Virus record (IMG/VR): IMGVR_UViG_3300046692_000582
Length of the DNA stretch: 64,000 nucleotides
Direction: 5' to 3' (one strand)
Origin: an uncultured virus (IMG/VR IMGVR_UViG_3300046692_000582)
Lineage: Duplodnaviria > Heunggongvirae > Uroviricota > Caudoviricetes
The notes under the pieces are model-generated. The model was given only the letters and a program-made list of their open reading frames with translations. It had not been told where the DNA came from and searched no databases. Of this stretch, positions 1 to 9,071 are shown piece by piece (the stretch's first letter is position 1; every line of letters begins with the position of its first letter). A program made the position numbers and the translations under genes.

Positions 1-141
1 TTTGCCGCTCGGCGTGCAGCCAAAAGCTCGGCGGTGAACCAGCACCTTGTCATAGATAAAGGCTTTCAGGCCTTTTTCAGAGGCTTGGCGCAGTTCTGAC
101 TCCAGGCGTTTGACCAGCTCTACTACCGTGTCTTTTGGCAT
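1..141 (-). CDS. hypothetical protein, runs off window edge (MPKDTVVELVKRLESELR...)
   Basis: ATG at 141 with an AAAGGA RBS; frame open to position 1. Confidence 0.55.
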   Translation of the reverse strand, partial: MPKDTVVELVKRLESELRQASEKGLKAFIYDKVLVHRRAFGCTPSGK

Positions 142-188
142 TGCAGTGTCCTTTCTGTTGGCGGATGGCGATTCAGTTGAGAATCAGC

Positions 189-707
189 TCAGTCGAGATA
201 GTTACAGATTTTGTCTTGCAGGGGCTCGAAAAGGTTACGGAAGCCGCTGTCGCAGAACACTTCATTCAACAGTTCCCTCGCCATGCTGTTTTGCGATTCG
301 AGTTGGCGGATCCGCTAAGCCATCACAGCAACGTCATCCGTCGCCGGGGCTTTTTCGATATTTCTCAGCGCGGTATCGGTGCGCCCCATAGTCGCCTCGT
401 GGTGGCGCAGGTCTTCAGGGTTCATTTCGGCAATTCCGTGAGGTGAGGTTATGCTGCGCAAAGCTTGAGGAACTTCCAAGCCTCAAACCTCGTGAAAATC
501 ATCAGAGCCCTTTGTGTAAGGCAGTTCGTATACCCGACCGGTTTCGGACACCAGCACGATGTCGTGCGATACGGTAAAGCCGAGGCACAGGTACTCACCC
601 AGGCACTTAAACTCGCCTTGTCCGACCTGTTTTTCGATTTCGTCCAGCCGGATTTGCAGCGAGGCCGTAATGGGAAGGCCAATTTGGTATTTGCTGATTA
701 GCGGCAT
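189..707 (-). pseudogene. probable pseudogene: one 173-codon frame with two internal stops
   Basis: MPLISKY...DFHEV*(TGA 483-485)GLEVPQ...VAVMA*(TAG 315-317)RIRQLE...NYLD*, all in one frame. Confidence 0.5.
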
Positions 708-757
708 TGGATGGCTCCAGATTTGAATGGAAAAGGCCGGATTGCTCCGGCCCTTCA

Positions 758-1396
758 CTACACCTTATCCCGTGGGTCTGCATCTGGATTCCAGACGATC
801 CCAAAGTCCTTGCGTCGTACCTTGGCGACCCTTCCATCCGGGTGGTGAAACACCAACCCTTCTTCCTCGTGGCGAATTAGCCACTCGCGGATCGCACTGT
901 ACGAACGCTCAAGTTCCACTGTATCGGCGCCATGGCGGTGCAGCTCATGGCGCTCCAGCCCGTGCGGGTTGAGGCGCACTTTAGGGCCTACCAGCTCGTA
1001 AGTCCCATCTTCCAAGTCGCCAGCATGAGCAAGCGCCTCAAGATGGAGATGGTCAGCTGGATCCCCTTCCCTTACCGGAACCCAACCGGGCCAATGGCCG
1101 GTCTTTTTGTCCGGTGCCGCTTCGCACGGCTCCCATCCTTCTGCGGCTTCCTTGAACATAGCCTCGGTAATCGCCATGTCAGGGTTACGCTTGAAGGAGA
1201 ACAGATGGTGCTTGGACATCTTGCGGGCCATTCGTTTGAACAACCGACCATGTCGCACCATCGCAGCGGAACCGTCTCTTTTGATCGAGGCGATGCCTTC
1301 CCCAGCCAGTACCCACTCGCACCCAGGAACTGGAATGCTGGTGGCCAAGCTGCCGTTTTCACGGTCAATTACAAAAACAGTCTTCATCTTTTTCAT
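758..1396 (-). CDS. RNA ligase-like nucleotidyltransferase (DUF5565/RLIG1-like)
   Basis: Ligase motif I KRDGS, YELVGPK, C-terminal EGLVFHHPDGRVAKVRRKDFG; start placed at MKKMKT behind a GGTG RBS. Confidence 0.7.
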   Translation of the reverse strand: MKKMKTVFVIDRENGSLATSIPVPGCEWVLAGEGIASIKRDGSAAMVRHGRLFKRMARKMSKHHLFSFKRNPDMAITEAMFKEAAEGWEPCEAAPDKKTGHWPGWVPVREGDPADHLHLEALAHAGDLEDGTYELVGPKVRLNPHGLERHELHRHGADTVELERSYSAIREWLIRHEEEGLVFHHPDGRVAKVRRKDFGIVWNPDADPRDKV

Positions 1397-1559
1397 CGGT
1401 GTATCACCTTGGATAATTGGGTAGTTTTCGATTCCGACCCAGTCACCAATCGCTGATGAGGCGATGAATTGATAATATCTAAGCGCCAACGAGATGTCAA
1501 CAGGATAAACCATTTTTAATTTAGATTTCGTGCCTGCCTAAAGCATCAGGGTTCGTTCT

Positions 1560-1748
1560 TTAGGGCTCCTTGGCTTTTTCGACTTTTGGATCGAAATTCC
1601 GGAGGACGTCAGGACGCAAATCAAAAGCCTGATGTTCTTCCCAAGTGACTTCTTTGTAACCCATGCCTAGGGCTTCCAGGGCATCCTTGGTTTGATTTAC
1701 AGTGAGTCGGGCGCGGTGCCGTTCGTGAATAAAAAATCGCTCGGACAT
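1560..1748 (-). CDS. small hypothetical protein (MSERFF...)
   Basis: GGAG RBS upstream of ATG 1748; the longer ORF in the track overlaps the non-coding repeats. Confidence 0.55.
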   Translation of the reverse strand: MSERFFIHERHRARLTVNQTKDALEALGMGYKEVTWEEHQAFDLRPDVLRNFDPKVEKAKEP

Positions 1749-1841
1749 TTTGCACTCCGCAAAAAGGATAAAGGGATTTTGATGGGATGGATCTGGATTG
1801 ATGCAACGAGTGTTGCACCTCGCCAAACCGTTGGAATTAAT

Positions 1842-2082
1842 GAGTTCCCTTACTTGCGCAGCGTCATTCCGGAAGCAGAACTCACATACGACCGGACACA
1901 CTGGCACTGCGCAAGCTCGCCTGAAGACCATCTCGGGCAATCGCCCCACCAATCGCTTGGTGGCCATTCTTTAAATTCGGGAGTTCCAAACTTACCCCAC
2001 GTCGTTCCGAAAACAGAACTCACATGCCTTCGGACGCTCTGGCGCTGAGTAAGCTCACCTGAAACCTCTCAGGCAATAGCCC
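1842..2082 (-). repeat. two diverged ~105-nt direct repeats (1842-1946, 1981-2082); candidate structured leader RNA
   Basis: Shared GAGTTCC, CAGAACTCACAT, CTGGC, AAGCTC and GGCAAT blocks; long stem with compensatory changes. Confidence 0.75.
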
Positions 2083-2108
2083 GTAAATTGCTTTACGCCG
2101 TGCAAAAG

Positions 2109-2137
2109 ATATTAACTAACCAACACCAATTTGTCAA
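2109..2137 (-). promoter_or_regulatory. sigma70 promoter upstream of the tandem leader elements
   Basis: TTGACA-17bp-TAATAT on the minus strand. Confidence 0.65.
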
Positions 2138-2209
2138 TCTTGCTAGTGATCAATTCTCATCAAAACAAGTGCGCCGTGACTTGCACGGCGCGCATCCAAA
2201 CGAATGAAC

Positions 2210-2800
2210 TCAAGCGCCTTGTTCAGAGGTAACTGGCATTTCTTGCTCGCGTTCATTTGCTTTCTTGGCTGCATCACGGCGATCATCCATGCCTCCGGCA
2301 GCGATAATCTGAACGGCGAACATGGCGAGTATTGAAAAGAACTCCTGTGGAGCGCTTCCAGGTTTAAAGGCCATCATCGCCGCAATTGTGAAACTCATCT
2401 GTAGCCATACCATCCACCAGCTTACGGAGCGCAGCTTATTCGCAATATCAGTCTTTTGACCAGAATTGTAGATTTTAATACCAATGCAGGTTGACCAAAG
2501 GCCAACTAGAAGCACTGCAATTTTTACACCCAGAGGGGCGCTATTAAGCACGCCTGCAACACTGTTAAATACGGATGAAATTGCGTTCATGACGTTAACG
2601 AATGCTTCAGCTTTGAAAGCGTTCGCAAGAATTGTAGTAAGCCATTCAAAACCCGCTGCAATGGCGTTACCCAGCGGCTCACGAAGCGCGTACAAGCCGT
2701 AAACAAGGGCAGACACTATAGCGAGAGCGACAAGGCATTTCACCCCTTCTCTGACAACATTAAACTCTTTTGCATTGCTTGGAAGTGTATTGGTAGTCAT
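2210..2800 (-). CDS. membrane protein (paralog of 2813-3466)
   Basis: Several hydrophobic segments; shares KEF..RE..KCLVALA and G.WS.C.GIKI with its neighbour. Confidence 0.8.
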   Translation of the reverse strand: MTTNTLPSNAKEFNVVREGVKCLVALAIVSALVYGLYALREPLGNAIAAGFEWLTTILANAFKAEAFVNVMNAISSVFNSVAGVLNSAPLGVKIAVLLVGLWSTCIGIKIYNSGQKTDIANKLRSVSWWMVWLQMSFTIAAMMAFKPGSAPQEFFSILAMFAVQIIAAGGMDDRRDAAKKANEREQEMPVTSEQGA

Positions 2801-2812
2801 GAGGTATCCTGC

Positions 2813-3466
2813 TTATTTTGTGTGATGTTTGCTGAATGCGATGATCACTTTAAAATTGCTCAGTATTGAATCTTCCAATCCGAGTTTGGCTTTGTATTTG
2901 CCGTATTTGTGAACAAAAATGATCAACGAGACGAACTGAATCATAATTGCCATGTAGTAAACAATGAGCCATTCACCGACCCGTATAAAGACTTTTTCAA
3001 GCATCATGCAGTCAATAACTACAAAGACCAACTGATAAAATCCAAATGAACAAGCAGCTAAAGAGATTGGCTTGATTGCATCGTTCTTATGCTCGGCAAT
3101 GCAGATCTTAATGCCCACGCAGCTTGACCACATCCCCAGGAAGAAAAGGGTCGGTTGAATGAACCAGTAGGAATTACCTCCCCACTCCAACATAAATGTC
3201 ATCAGCGACATGAGGCCTTTGCCAATGATTTTAAATACGCCTTCAAGCGGAGTGGAATTGAGTGCAGCCGGGATGAGCGAAAGTGCTGAATCAAAAAAAT
3301 CAAAAATAAAGCCAAAAATCATTGCCACAAATGTGGTTATCGACCCTTGAAAGGCACAGATTGCAAATACGATCAGTGAGGCCCCTGCAAGAGCGACAAG
3401 GCATTTAAGGCTTTCTTTGCGCAAATCAAATTCCTTTTTTTGCACATTTTCAGCTATCGAAGTCAT
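2813..3466 (-). CDS. membrane protein (paralog of 2210-2800)
   Basis: Multi-TM; shared motifs with neighbour. Confidence 0.8.
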   Translation of the reverse strand: MTSIAENVQKKEFDLRKESLKCLVALAGASLIVFAICAFQGSITTFVAMIFGFIFDFFDSALSLIPAALNSTPLEGVFKIIGKGLMSLMTFMLEWGGNSYWFIQPTLFFLGMWSSCVGIKICIAEHKNDAIKPISLAACSFGFYQLVFVVIDCMMLEKVFIRVGEWLIVYYMAIMIQFVSLIIFVHKYGKYKAKLGLEDSILSNFKVIIAFSKHHTK

Positions 3467-3653
3467 TTTCTAACCTATTTTGAGGTGGTTACTATCAATA
3501 TTCAAGGGTATTCACCGAGAACTTTTAATGACTAGAACATCGGTTATAGCAATAATATATGCCATGATTTATTTTAGTCAATAAATAAGGCGAAGAATCG
3601 CTCTGCGCCTTATTTGTGCTGCTTGTCATGGGTGAAAATGGCTTGAGCCAGCC

Positions 3654-4013
3654 CTACACTGATAGCAGCCAATCAGGACCATGCTCTGCATGGAGGAACC
3701 CAGTCTTGAAGTCTTCGAATACTTGCTCACACCCTTGGTAGTCGGTCGGCGTTGGGAATCCGTGCTTCTCCAGGTACGGGAACACATGGTCAAAAAAGTA
3801 CGTAAGCTTGAATTCTGGCGTCCCCCTGAGGAAGTCTGCGCAACGATAGGAGGTGTCTTTACCGTTGCTGCAACGCGTGATCACTTCTCGCATGAACTGC
3901 TGATGAGCATAAGCAGGCGGGCTGTGGTAGCGCTTTTCACTGAAGTGTTTTGCGTAAACCTCACAGAATTTCTGGAAGTTCGCTTTCGCCGTCATGGTCA
4001 TCAGTTCGTTCAT
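3654..4013 (-). CDS. hypothetical protein
   Basis: 119-aa ORF, operon-like spacing. Confidence 0.7.
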   Translation of the reverse strand: MNELMTMTAKANFQKFCEVYAKHFSEKRYHSPPAYAHQQFMREVITRCSNGKDTSYRCADFLRGTPEFKLTYFFDHVFPYLEKHGFPTPTDYQGCEQVFEDFKTGFLHAEHGPDWLLSV

Positions 4014-4023
4014 GTTCGGGGTC

Positions 4024-4338
4024 TCACTGCTGTACGATGTTGCTGATCAGATCGTCGATGTAATACTCGAAACGATCAATCGAATCGCGGCCCACGTTCC
4101 AGTCCCACGACCCGGTTGTTTCATTCAGGCGACTGTCAGATGTGAGACGTATTTTGGCCCGCAAAGGGTTCTGAAACTGACCCTGAATAGTCTCTTCACC
4201 AATCATGAGGGTCAGATCTTCTACGCGGGTGTTAAGTACGAAGTGGTACGGGTTACCCGCAACAGGTCTAGCGCCAAAGCGCTTCATGACGGCCAGGGCT
4301 CGCGGACGGAACAGACGACGATCTTCTTCAGTAACCAT
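4024..4338 (-). CDS. hypothetical protein
   Basis: 104-aa ORF with GAG RBS. Confidence 0.7.
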   Translation of the reverse strand: MVTEEDRRLFRPRALAVMKRFGARPVAGNPYHFVLNTRVEDLTLMIGEETIQGQFQNPLRAKIRLTSDSRLNETTGSWDWNVGRDSIDRFEYYIDDLISNIVQQ

Positions 4339-4377
4339 TGAGAACTCTCAAAATGCGGTGACAGTGATAGAGGTGTT

Positions 4378-4545
4378 TTAGCGAGCTTTGCGCGACCATT
4401 CCTGGATCAGCAGAGCGAAGTCTGGACGTGGCATGAGCACCAAACTTGAGGCTTTGTTGCTGCGAAGGCCAAGCTCAAGTGCGACCTGAACCATTGTGCC
4501 GCCCGCCCAACCAAACGCTTTGCATGCAAGGTCAAGATTTGTCAT
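4378..4545 (-). CDS. small hypothetical protein (MTNLDLACKAFGW..., 55 aa, below ORF-track cutoff)
   Basis: ATG 4545 with GAG RBS, stop at 4378, minus-strand TTGACA promoter near 4597. Confidence 0.5.
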   Translation of the reverse strand: MTNLDLACKAFGWAGGTMVQVALELGLRSNKASSLVLMPRPDFALLIQEWSRKAR

Positions 4546-4680
4546 AAAAAGACTCGCTGTAGGAAGGCATTTAGTATGACGATATACTGCATTTTTGTCA
4601 AGGAAAACTGCGCGTTACCTATACAAAACACGGTTTTGTTCGGCTGTATAAGCAGCAAAACAAACAACAGAACAAATTTA

Positions 4681-4720
4681 TGTCATTGGTATTGACATGG
4701 CAATTCATTAGCCGTATGAT
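4681..4720 (+). promoter_or_regulatory. sigma70 promoter with overlapping TGTCA-N7-TGACA operator
   Basis: TGTCAttggtatTGACA 4681-4697; TTGACA(4692)-17bp-TATGAT(4715). Confidence 0.8.
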
Positions 4721-4726
4721 TCATCC

Positions 4727-5145
4727 ATCTTCTGCGAATCCTTGTGAGGTTACAGATGTTCCTGATCATGATGATCGGGGCTGTGTTGAGTGAAGTGCGT
4801 CCGGTGACGAAGTCTTCATTTCATTGCACAACTACCGATGCAAGCGGGGTGAGGCCCCACGGACATTGGCGATTACTGCTCGGGGTGCGGCTGTTCGGGC
4901 AGCGCATCCCGCCAGAAAACTCGCCTTAGGGTGATGCCCATGCTTCCGGGCTTCCAGGGGAAGACGCTCAGGCCGACGAGAGAATATCGGCCTCGGATTG
5001 CACCCTCTTGCGCCAAGAGGGCCCGTTATGCGGCCATAGTGCCAAAGAGATGACTTGGCGAGTCCAAGCGCGGGAGAGCCGCGCACGGTCTGATGCGTTG
5101 CACAGGCCTAGGGCAGTCCGTTAACCGGACTGCCCTCGCTTTTTT
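4727..5145 (+). ncRNA. candidate large structured ncRNA (~420 nt), family not recognised
   Basis: Promoter upstream, about 15 consecutive hairpins, intrinsic terminator downstream, no credible ORF. Confidence 0.7.
5110..5145 (+). terminator. intrinsic terminator
   Basis: AGGGCAGTCCG-ttaac-CGGACTGCCCT followed by cgcTTTTTT. Confidence 0.8.
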
Positions 5146-5260
5146 AGAGAGTTCTGCCCAATTGCTTTTCCATTGGAATTGCCAAGTGGACTGGTCTTTC
5201 GTGGTGTAGGGCTTTGGCCTATAGTGCCTGCCCAAGACCCTTTAGGCAGGAGCCTTTGAG

Positions 5261-5674
5261 ATGAGTAGTGATTTGAAAGATTCGTTGATTCCAGAACACT
5301 ACGCGGCCCTGTTTGCCCGGCGCGTACTGAACTTTACCGACGAGTCGATCAAGGAGCACTTTGATCAGGAGCCGCCCTACGAGGGGCAGACGCTGATCCT
5401 GTCGATGCAGCAGCACAACATGAACCGCTATCGTTTGGTCAAGGTGATCAACCCAGCCAGCGGTCGCCAGCGTCGAATTATCATCAATCACTCCGAATCC
5501 TTTGGTGGTGCGTCTTACTACCGAAGTGGCAAAAGCTGCTATATGCCCAAGAGCCAGACGAAGTTGTTGCCGTTCGTTAAATCCGTAGCGCAACGACTGT
5601 CGTTTGATCGGGACACCGTACTGTCGGATGACGCGCTCAAAGAGCTGCTGTACAGCAACGTCACCGCAAATTGA
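5261..5674 (+). CDS. hypothetical protein
   Basis: 137-aa ORF with AGGAG RBS. Confidence 0.75.
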   Translation: MSSDLKDSLIPEHYAALFARRVLNFTDESIKEHFDQEPPYEGQTLILSMQQHNMNRYRLVKVINPASGRQRRIIINHSESFGGASYYRSGKSCYMPKSQTKLLPFVKSVAQRLSFDRDTVLSDDALKELLYSNVTAN

Positions 5675-5701
5675 ATTCAAGACATTGTGAGGAAGGTGCG
5701 C

Positions 5702-6034
5702 ATGGCTCAAATTAAGAACCCGAAAAAAGGTCAGCTCATTTGGACTGTCGTTAACGGCGAGGTTTGCGAGCGCATCTATGCTGGCCTGTCACCTGATAAC
5801 TTCGGCCATCTGTTGCAAGTCCCCTCTCAAGCGATCCAGGGCAAGCGTTCTCCATATTATGAGGCGCACCTGATGGCCTATGAGAAAAAGTCGGAAATTC
5901 TCGCCATTCACCTCGAATCCGCAGAGCGTGCTCTGAAGGCGGCGAAAGCCGATCTGCACCAAGCATCGTATGCGCTCAGCGAAGCATTGCTCGCTGAGAA
6001 TCAGGCAGCCTCTGGCCAGCAGGAGTTTGACTAA
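5702..6034 (+). CDS. hypothetical protein
   Basis: ATG 5702 after GGAAGG. Confidence 0.7.
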   Translation: MAQIKNPKKGQLIWTVVNGEVCERIYAGLSPDNFGHLLQVPSQAIQGKRSPYYEAHLMAYEKKSEILAIHLESAERALKAAKADLHQASYALSEALLAENQAASGQQEFD

Positions 6035-6035
6035 C

Positions 6036-6299
6036 ATGACCACCAACAGCGATGCCTTTTTTGCCCGCTTTCTTCACGAAACCCTGAAGAAGCACCACCC
6101 TGATTTTCCCGTCACCGAGGTCAAGGGGCGTCGCATCGGCGCCGGGTCTCAGCGCGTCATCCAGGTGTTGCACGGCAATGGGCTTTTCGCGCAGTTCCCC
6201 TTTCCTCGAAAAGGGCTGCATGCCGGTGAAGTGCATGCTTTTTTGTATGCTTCGGCATGCAACATGCTGAAACTCACTCCGGCACCCGAGGCCCTGTAG
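6036..6299 (+). CDS. hypothetical protein
   Basis: ATG 6036 after AGGAG, directly after the previous stop. Confidence 0.7.
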   Translation: MTTNSDAFFARFLHETLKKHHPDFPVTEVKGRRIGAGSQRVIQVLHGNGLFAQFPFPRKGLHAGEVHAFLYASACNMLKLTPAPEAL

Positions 6300-6443
6300 A
6301 TTCAGGCGTTCACAGCCAAATGTTCGCGGGTATCTCGGTAAGCCGGGATACCTTTTTTGCGCAAAATAAATGTCACTGTAATTTACACTTACTCATCATT
6401 CTTGTACAATTTCCCCATCGAAACGAAATGATGAGGGCAACAC

Positions 6444-6734
6444 ATGTCGCGCACTTCCAAAGCAGCTCAGTGGTTCGGCGTTCAGTATCGCAGCATGCAT
6501 ACGGCCATTCACAATGTGGTGGTATTTGAGACTCGCGAAGTGGCTCAAACCCTCGGCGAGATGCTGAATGCTGAGGTGGACATGGCTGAGGCACAGGACG
6601 TATTGGTGATGCAGTATGGCAAAGAGGCTGGCGAAGCGAAGGCATCGTTTGAAATTAACTACCGCAACCCGCCAACCGAATACCGCGAGCAGGTGCTGCT
6701 CATCGTCAACGACGCTATTCCTGACGTTTACTAA
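6444..6734 (+). CDS. hypothetical protein
   Basis: GAGG RBS; promoter TTTACA(6382)-17-TACAAT(6405). Confidence 0.75.
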   Translation: MSRTSKAAQWFGVQYRSMHTAIHNVVVFETREVAQTLGEMLNAEVDMAEAQDVLVMQYGKEAGEAKASFEINYRNPPTEYREQVLLIVNDAIPDVY

Positions 6735-6789
6735 TGCCGGTGTGGCTGCCCTTCCAGGGCAGCCCTCCCCGTGTCTCTCGGGAGCCATC

Positions 6790-7005
6790 ATGCCCACTCA
6801 AGAGTTCATAGCAGATACGCCCTTCACGCTGCACGAAAGCCGCCTGGAGCTTTCTGGACAATTGTCCTATCAGATATTTGTCATTGACGATGATGGCGCA
6901 GAGAGCGTCTTTGGGATCGTGACAGCCCAAGATTTTGGGTCGGCCATTGATTTTGCCAAAGAAATAAGTGCGTCTACCGTTTCAGATGCAGTTCTCTGCG
7001 CCTAA
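6790..7005 (+). CDS. small hypothetical protein (MPTQEF...)
   Basis: GGAG RBS. Confidence 0.6.
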   Translation: MPTQEFIADTPFTLHESRLELSGQLSYQIFVIDDDGAESVFGIVTAQDFGSAIDFAKEISASTVSDAVLCA

Positions 7006-7082
7006 TCGTTATTCAATCCTCCTTATTTGATTGTTTCGACAAAATCACCAATAATAATAAAACAATAACAAAAGGCTACTTC

Positions 7083-7397
7083 ATGTCAGTACATCAATCG
7101 AGCATCATCAAAAATCCGGATCTTCACGACGCCCAGGCTGCCTCAAAACTGCCTAATGGCCCGGCAGTTCCTGACTGGTATACGCTTTCCGCTTTGCAGG
7201 TCGGCGTGTGCGTCAAGGTGGGAGTCGGCACGCACGGTCAAGGCAGCGAAGCTTTTTGGGTAGAGCTTCAGGAAGTAACCCCTTCCTTGATGGTGGGCAT
7301 CATTGTGAACAATCTAAAATTCACCTCTATCCACGGTCTGGAAGCTGGCGATGCAATCACTGTCCAGAAGGGGAATGTATTCCAGGTACATGCGTAA
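7083..7397 (+). CDS. hypothetical protein, possibly DUF2314-like beta fold
   Basis: EAFWVEL...GIIVNN...GL..GD.I pattern; family call is weak. Confidence 0.6.
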   Translation: MSVHQSSIIKNPDLHDAQAASKLPNGPAVPDWYTLSALQVGVCVKVGVGTHGQGSEAFWVELQEVTPSLMVGIIVNNLKFTSIHGLEAGDAITVQKGNVFQVHA

Positions 7398-7493
7398 GGA
7401 ACCACGGGGCCCATCCCCTTGAAGATCCTTCAAGGGGTTTCCCCTTACCCACGACTCCGCAGCAGTTGGAGTGATGGCAGCTTGTCAGGCTTC

Positions 7494-7691
7494 CTATTCA
7501 GGGGTCATCAACGAGGCCTCGGCCTGCTCAACGCACTCTTCATAGCTGTCCAGCGCGGCAACATCCCAGTGTTCCCATTCAGCTTCTGGCTTTTCGCTGA
7601 CGATGCGAATGAGGTAAGCCCACTCGCCCTTCTCGTCTAGAAAGACGCTCAGCTCGCGACCATTGAGTATTTTCTTGTACGGTTGGCTCAT
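7494..7691 (-). CDS. small protein identical in type to the middle domain of 36746-37336
   Basis: KKILNGRELSVFLDEKGEWAYLIRI...SYEECVEQA. Confidence 0.75.
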   Translation of the reverse strand: MSQPYKKILNGRELSVFLDEKGEWAYLIRIVSEKPEAEWEHWDVAALDSYEECVEQAEASLMTPE

Positions 7692-7727
7692 TGAGATATT
7701 CCTTTAATCAGTTATTGCATGATTGAA

Positions 7728-8087
7728 TCAGTGCAGGGTTTTTCTGTTGAGTGCGAACTCAAGTTGTTCCAGACTTTGAACGCGGCGAACGCCACCTTGA
7801 AGCCGCGCTTCATCCATGGCAAGCAGAACTTCCTGGCCGTAGACGTAAATGTATTCTGACACGGGGTGATTGAATGCATTGGAGGATTCTATAAAGCCTT
7901 TGTCTCCAAACAAATCAACCTGCGTGAGCATTTGCACCAGGATCACGGGCAACTCAACGATCCCGGTCACCATATGCACCCGGCATTCGCAGCCAAAAGA
8001 TGTCTCTTGCCCCTTGGCGCGATACTCCACAAAAGCATAATCGCCATCAATGGTGGTCGGGATGTGCAGTTGGTGCGAATTCGTCAT
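7728..8087 (-). CDS. hypothetical protein (family with 50115-50477 and 50598-51071)
   Basis: C.V...TG...EYIYVYG..V.L...SLEQL..AL motif. Confidence 0.7.
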   Translation of the reverse strand: MTNSHQLHIPTTIDGDYAFVEYRAKGQETSFGCECRVHMVTGIVELPVILVQMLTQVDLFGDKGFIESSNAFNHPVSEYIYVYGQEVLLAMDEARLQGGVRRVQSLEQLEFALNRKTLH

Positions 8088-8198
8088 CGCTATTCCTTTG
8101 TAAAGACACTTTAGCGTTATCCAATCACTCTATTAGAGCCTTTGGCCTATGCTCAAAAGGTTCTCATATGCGTTCTAAGATTGGAAGTTGTGGCGAAT

Positions 8199-8474
8199 TT
8201 ATTCCCCAGTCATTTTCGACACAATGCCAAAAGCCTTGAGGTTCAACAGGATTTCACGTTGTTGATCACTCAATTCAGAGAAGGTTGTTTTGTTTTCTGA
8301 GCTTACGCCTTGCGTAAGGATGATCCCTGCGGCTCCTGCTTTTACTGAGTAATTGATCCTTCCGAATTGACAGGGACGGCTGGTGACCCGGTAATCCGGG
8401 TATTGTGCCTTCAGGCGTGCGATCCAGCCGCCTGAATCAGGGTGGTCCTGGCTTCGCATAAGGACGGCAATCAT
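8199..8474 (-). CDS. hypothetical protein
   Basis: ATGA overlap with the upstream gene. Confidence 0.65.
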   Translation of the reverse strand: MIAVLMRSQDHPDSGGWIARLKAQYPDYRVTSRPCQFGRINYSVKAGAAGIILTQGVSSENKTTFSELSDQQREILLNLKAFGIVSKMTGE

Positions 8475-8710
8475 TGGTCGACGTCATCCATGTTGGGAGC
8501 ACTGTCAGCATCTGGTTCAATAGTTGATACCGTGCCGTGAGTCGGCCACAGCGGATCTGGTTCATGCACATCTTTGCAGTGCATGAGTTCGTGTACCTGA
8601 ATGGCTGCCGTGTGGCGGTTTGCTGGTAGAGAACCGTCGCCTCTGAGAAAGCTCGTTTGAGCTTCAACCACCAATTCAGAGTTCACATTTTTGGGGATGC
8701 TCATGAGCAT
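8471..8710 (-). CDS. hypothetical protein
   Basis: AAGGA RBS. Confidence 0.55.
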   Translation of the reverse strand: MLMSIPKNVNSELVVEAQTSFLRGDGSLPANRHTAAIQVHELMHCKDVHEPDPLWPTHGTVSTIEPDADSAPNMDDVDQ

Positions 8711-8748
8711 TATCCTTTTCGGTCATGCTGGTCGTGGATCCGATATTA

Positions 8749-8985
8749 CTACTTCCAGGCAACGTTGAGTGCAGGAAAGAGTGGGGAAATGGCTTCAATG
8801 GCGCTGACCAATTCAGCTTCAGAGGCGCGGCTCCTGGCAAACTGCTTGGCCAAATCCAAGACGGTTGTCAGGCTTGAATTGCCATGATCTTCATCATTTG
8901 ACGGGAGTCCATTGCTAAGAATGATCTCGTCGACAGCTTGCATCAGAGCGCGTATGGCTCTGAACATGCTTTCGTTTTTGTTCAT
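8749..8985 (-). CDS. hypothetical protein
   Basis: AGGA RBS. Confidence 0.65.
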   Translation of the reverse strand: MNKNESMFRAIRALMQAVDEIILSNGLPSNDEDHGNSSLTTVLDLAKQFARSRASEAELVSAIEAISPLFPALNVAWK

Positions 8986-9071
8986 GGCTGGAGTCCTGAA
9001 GTGGCGTTAGTTTTGGGGGCTTGCAAGCGCTCACGCGATTGATACGAGAGCGCCTTGGGCGGGTTATCTGT

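Noticed and set aside
1692..2048. 118-aa (+) and 135-aa (-) ORFs across the tandem repeats
   Set aside because: The 139-bp repeat period is not a multiple of 3, and the changes conserve base pairing rather than codons
4744..5235. Short ORFs over the structured region
   Set aside because: No convincing RBS or protein-like composition; hairpin density, promoter and terminator fit an RNA better
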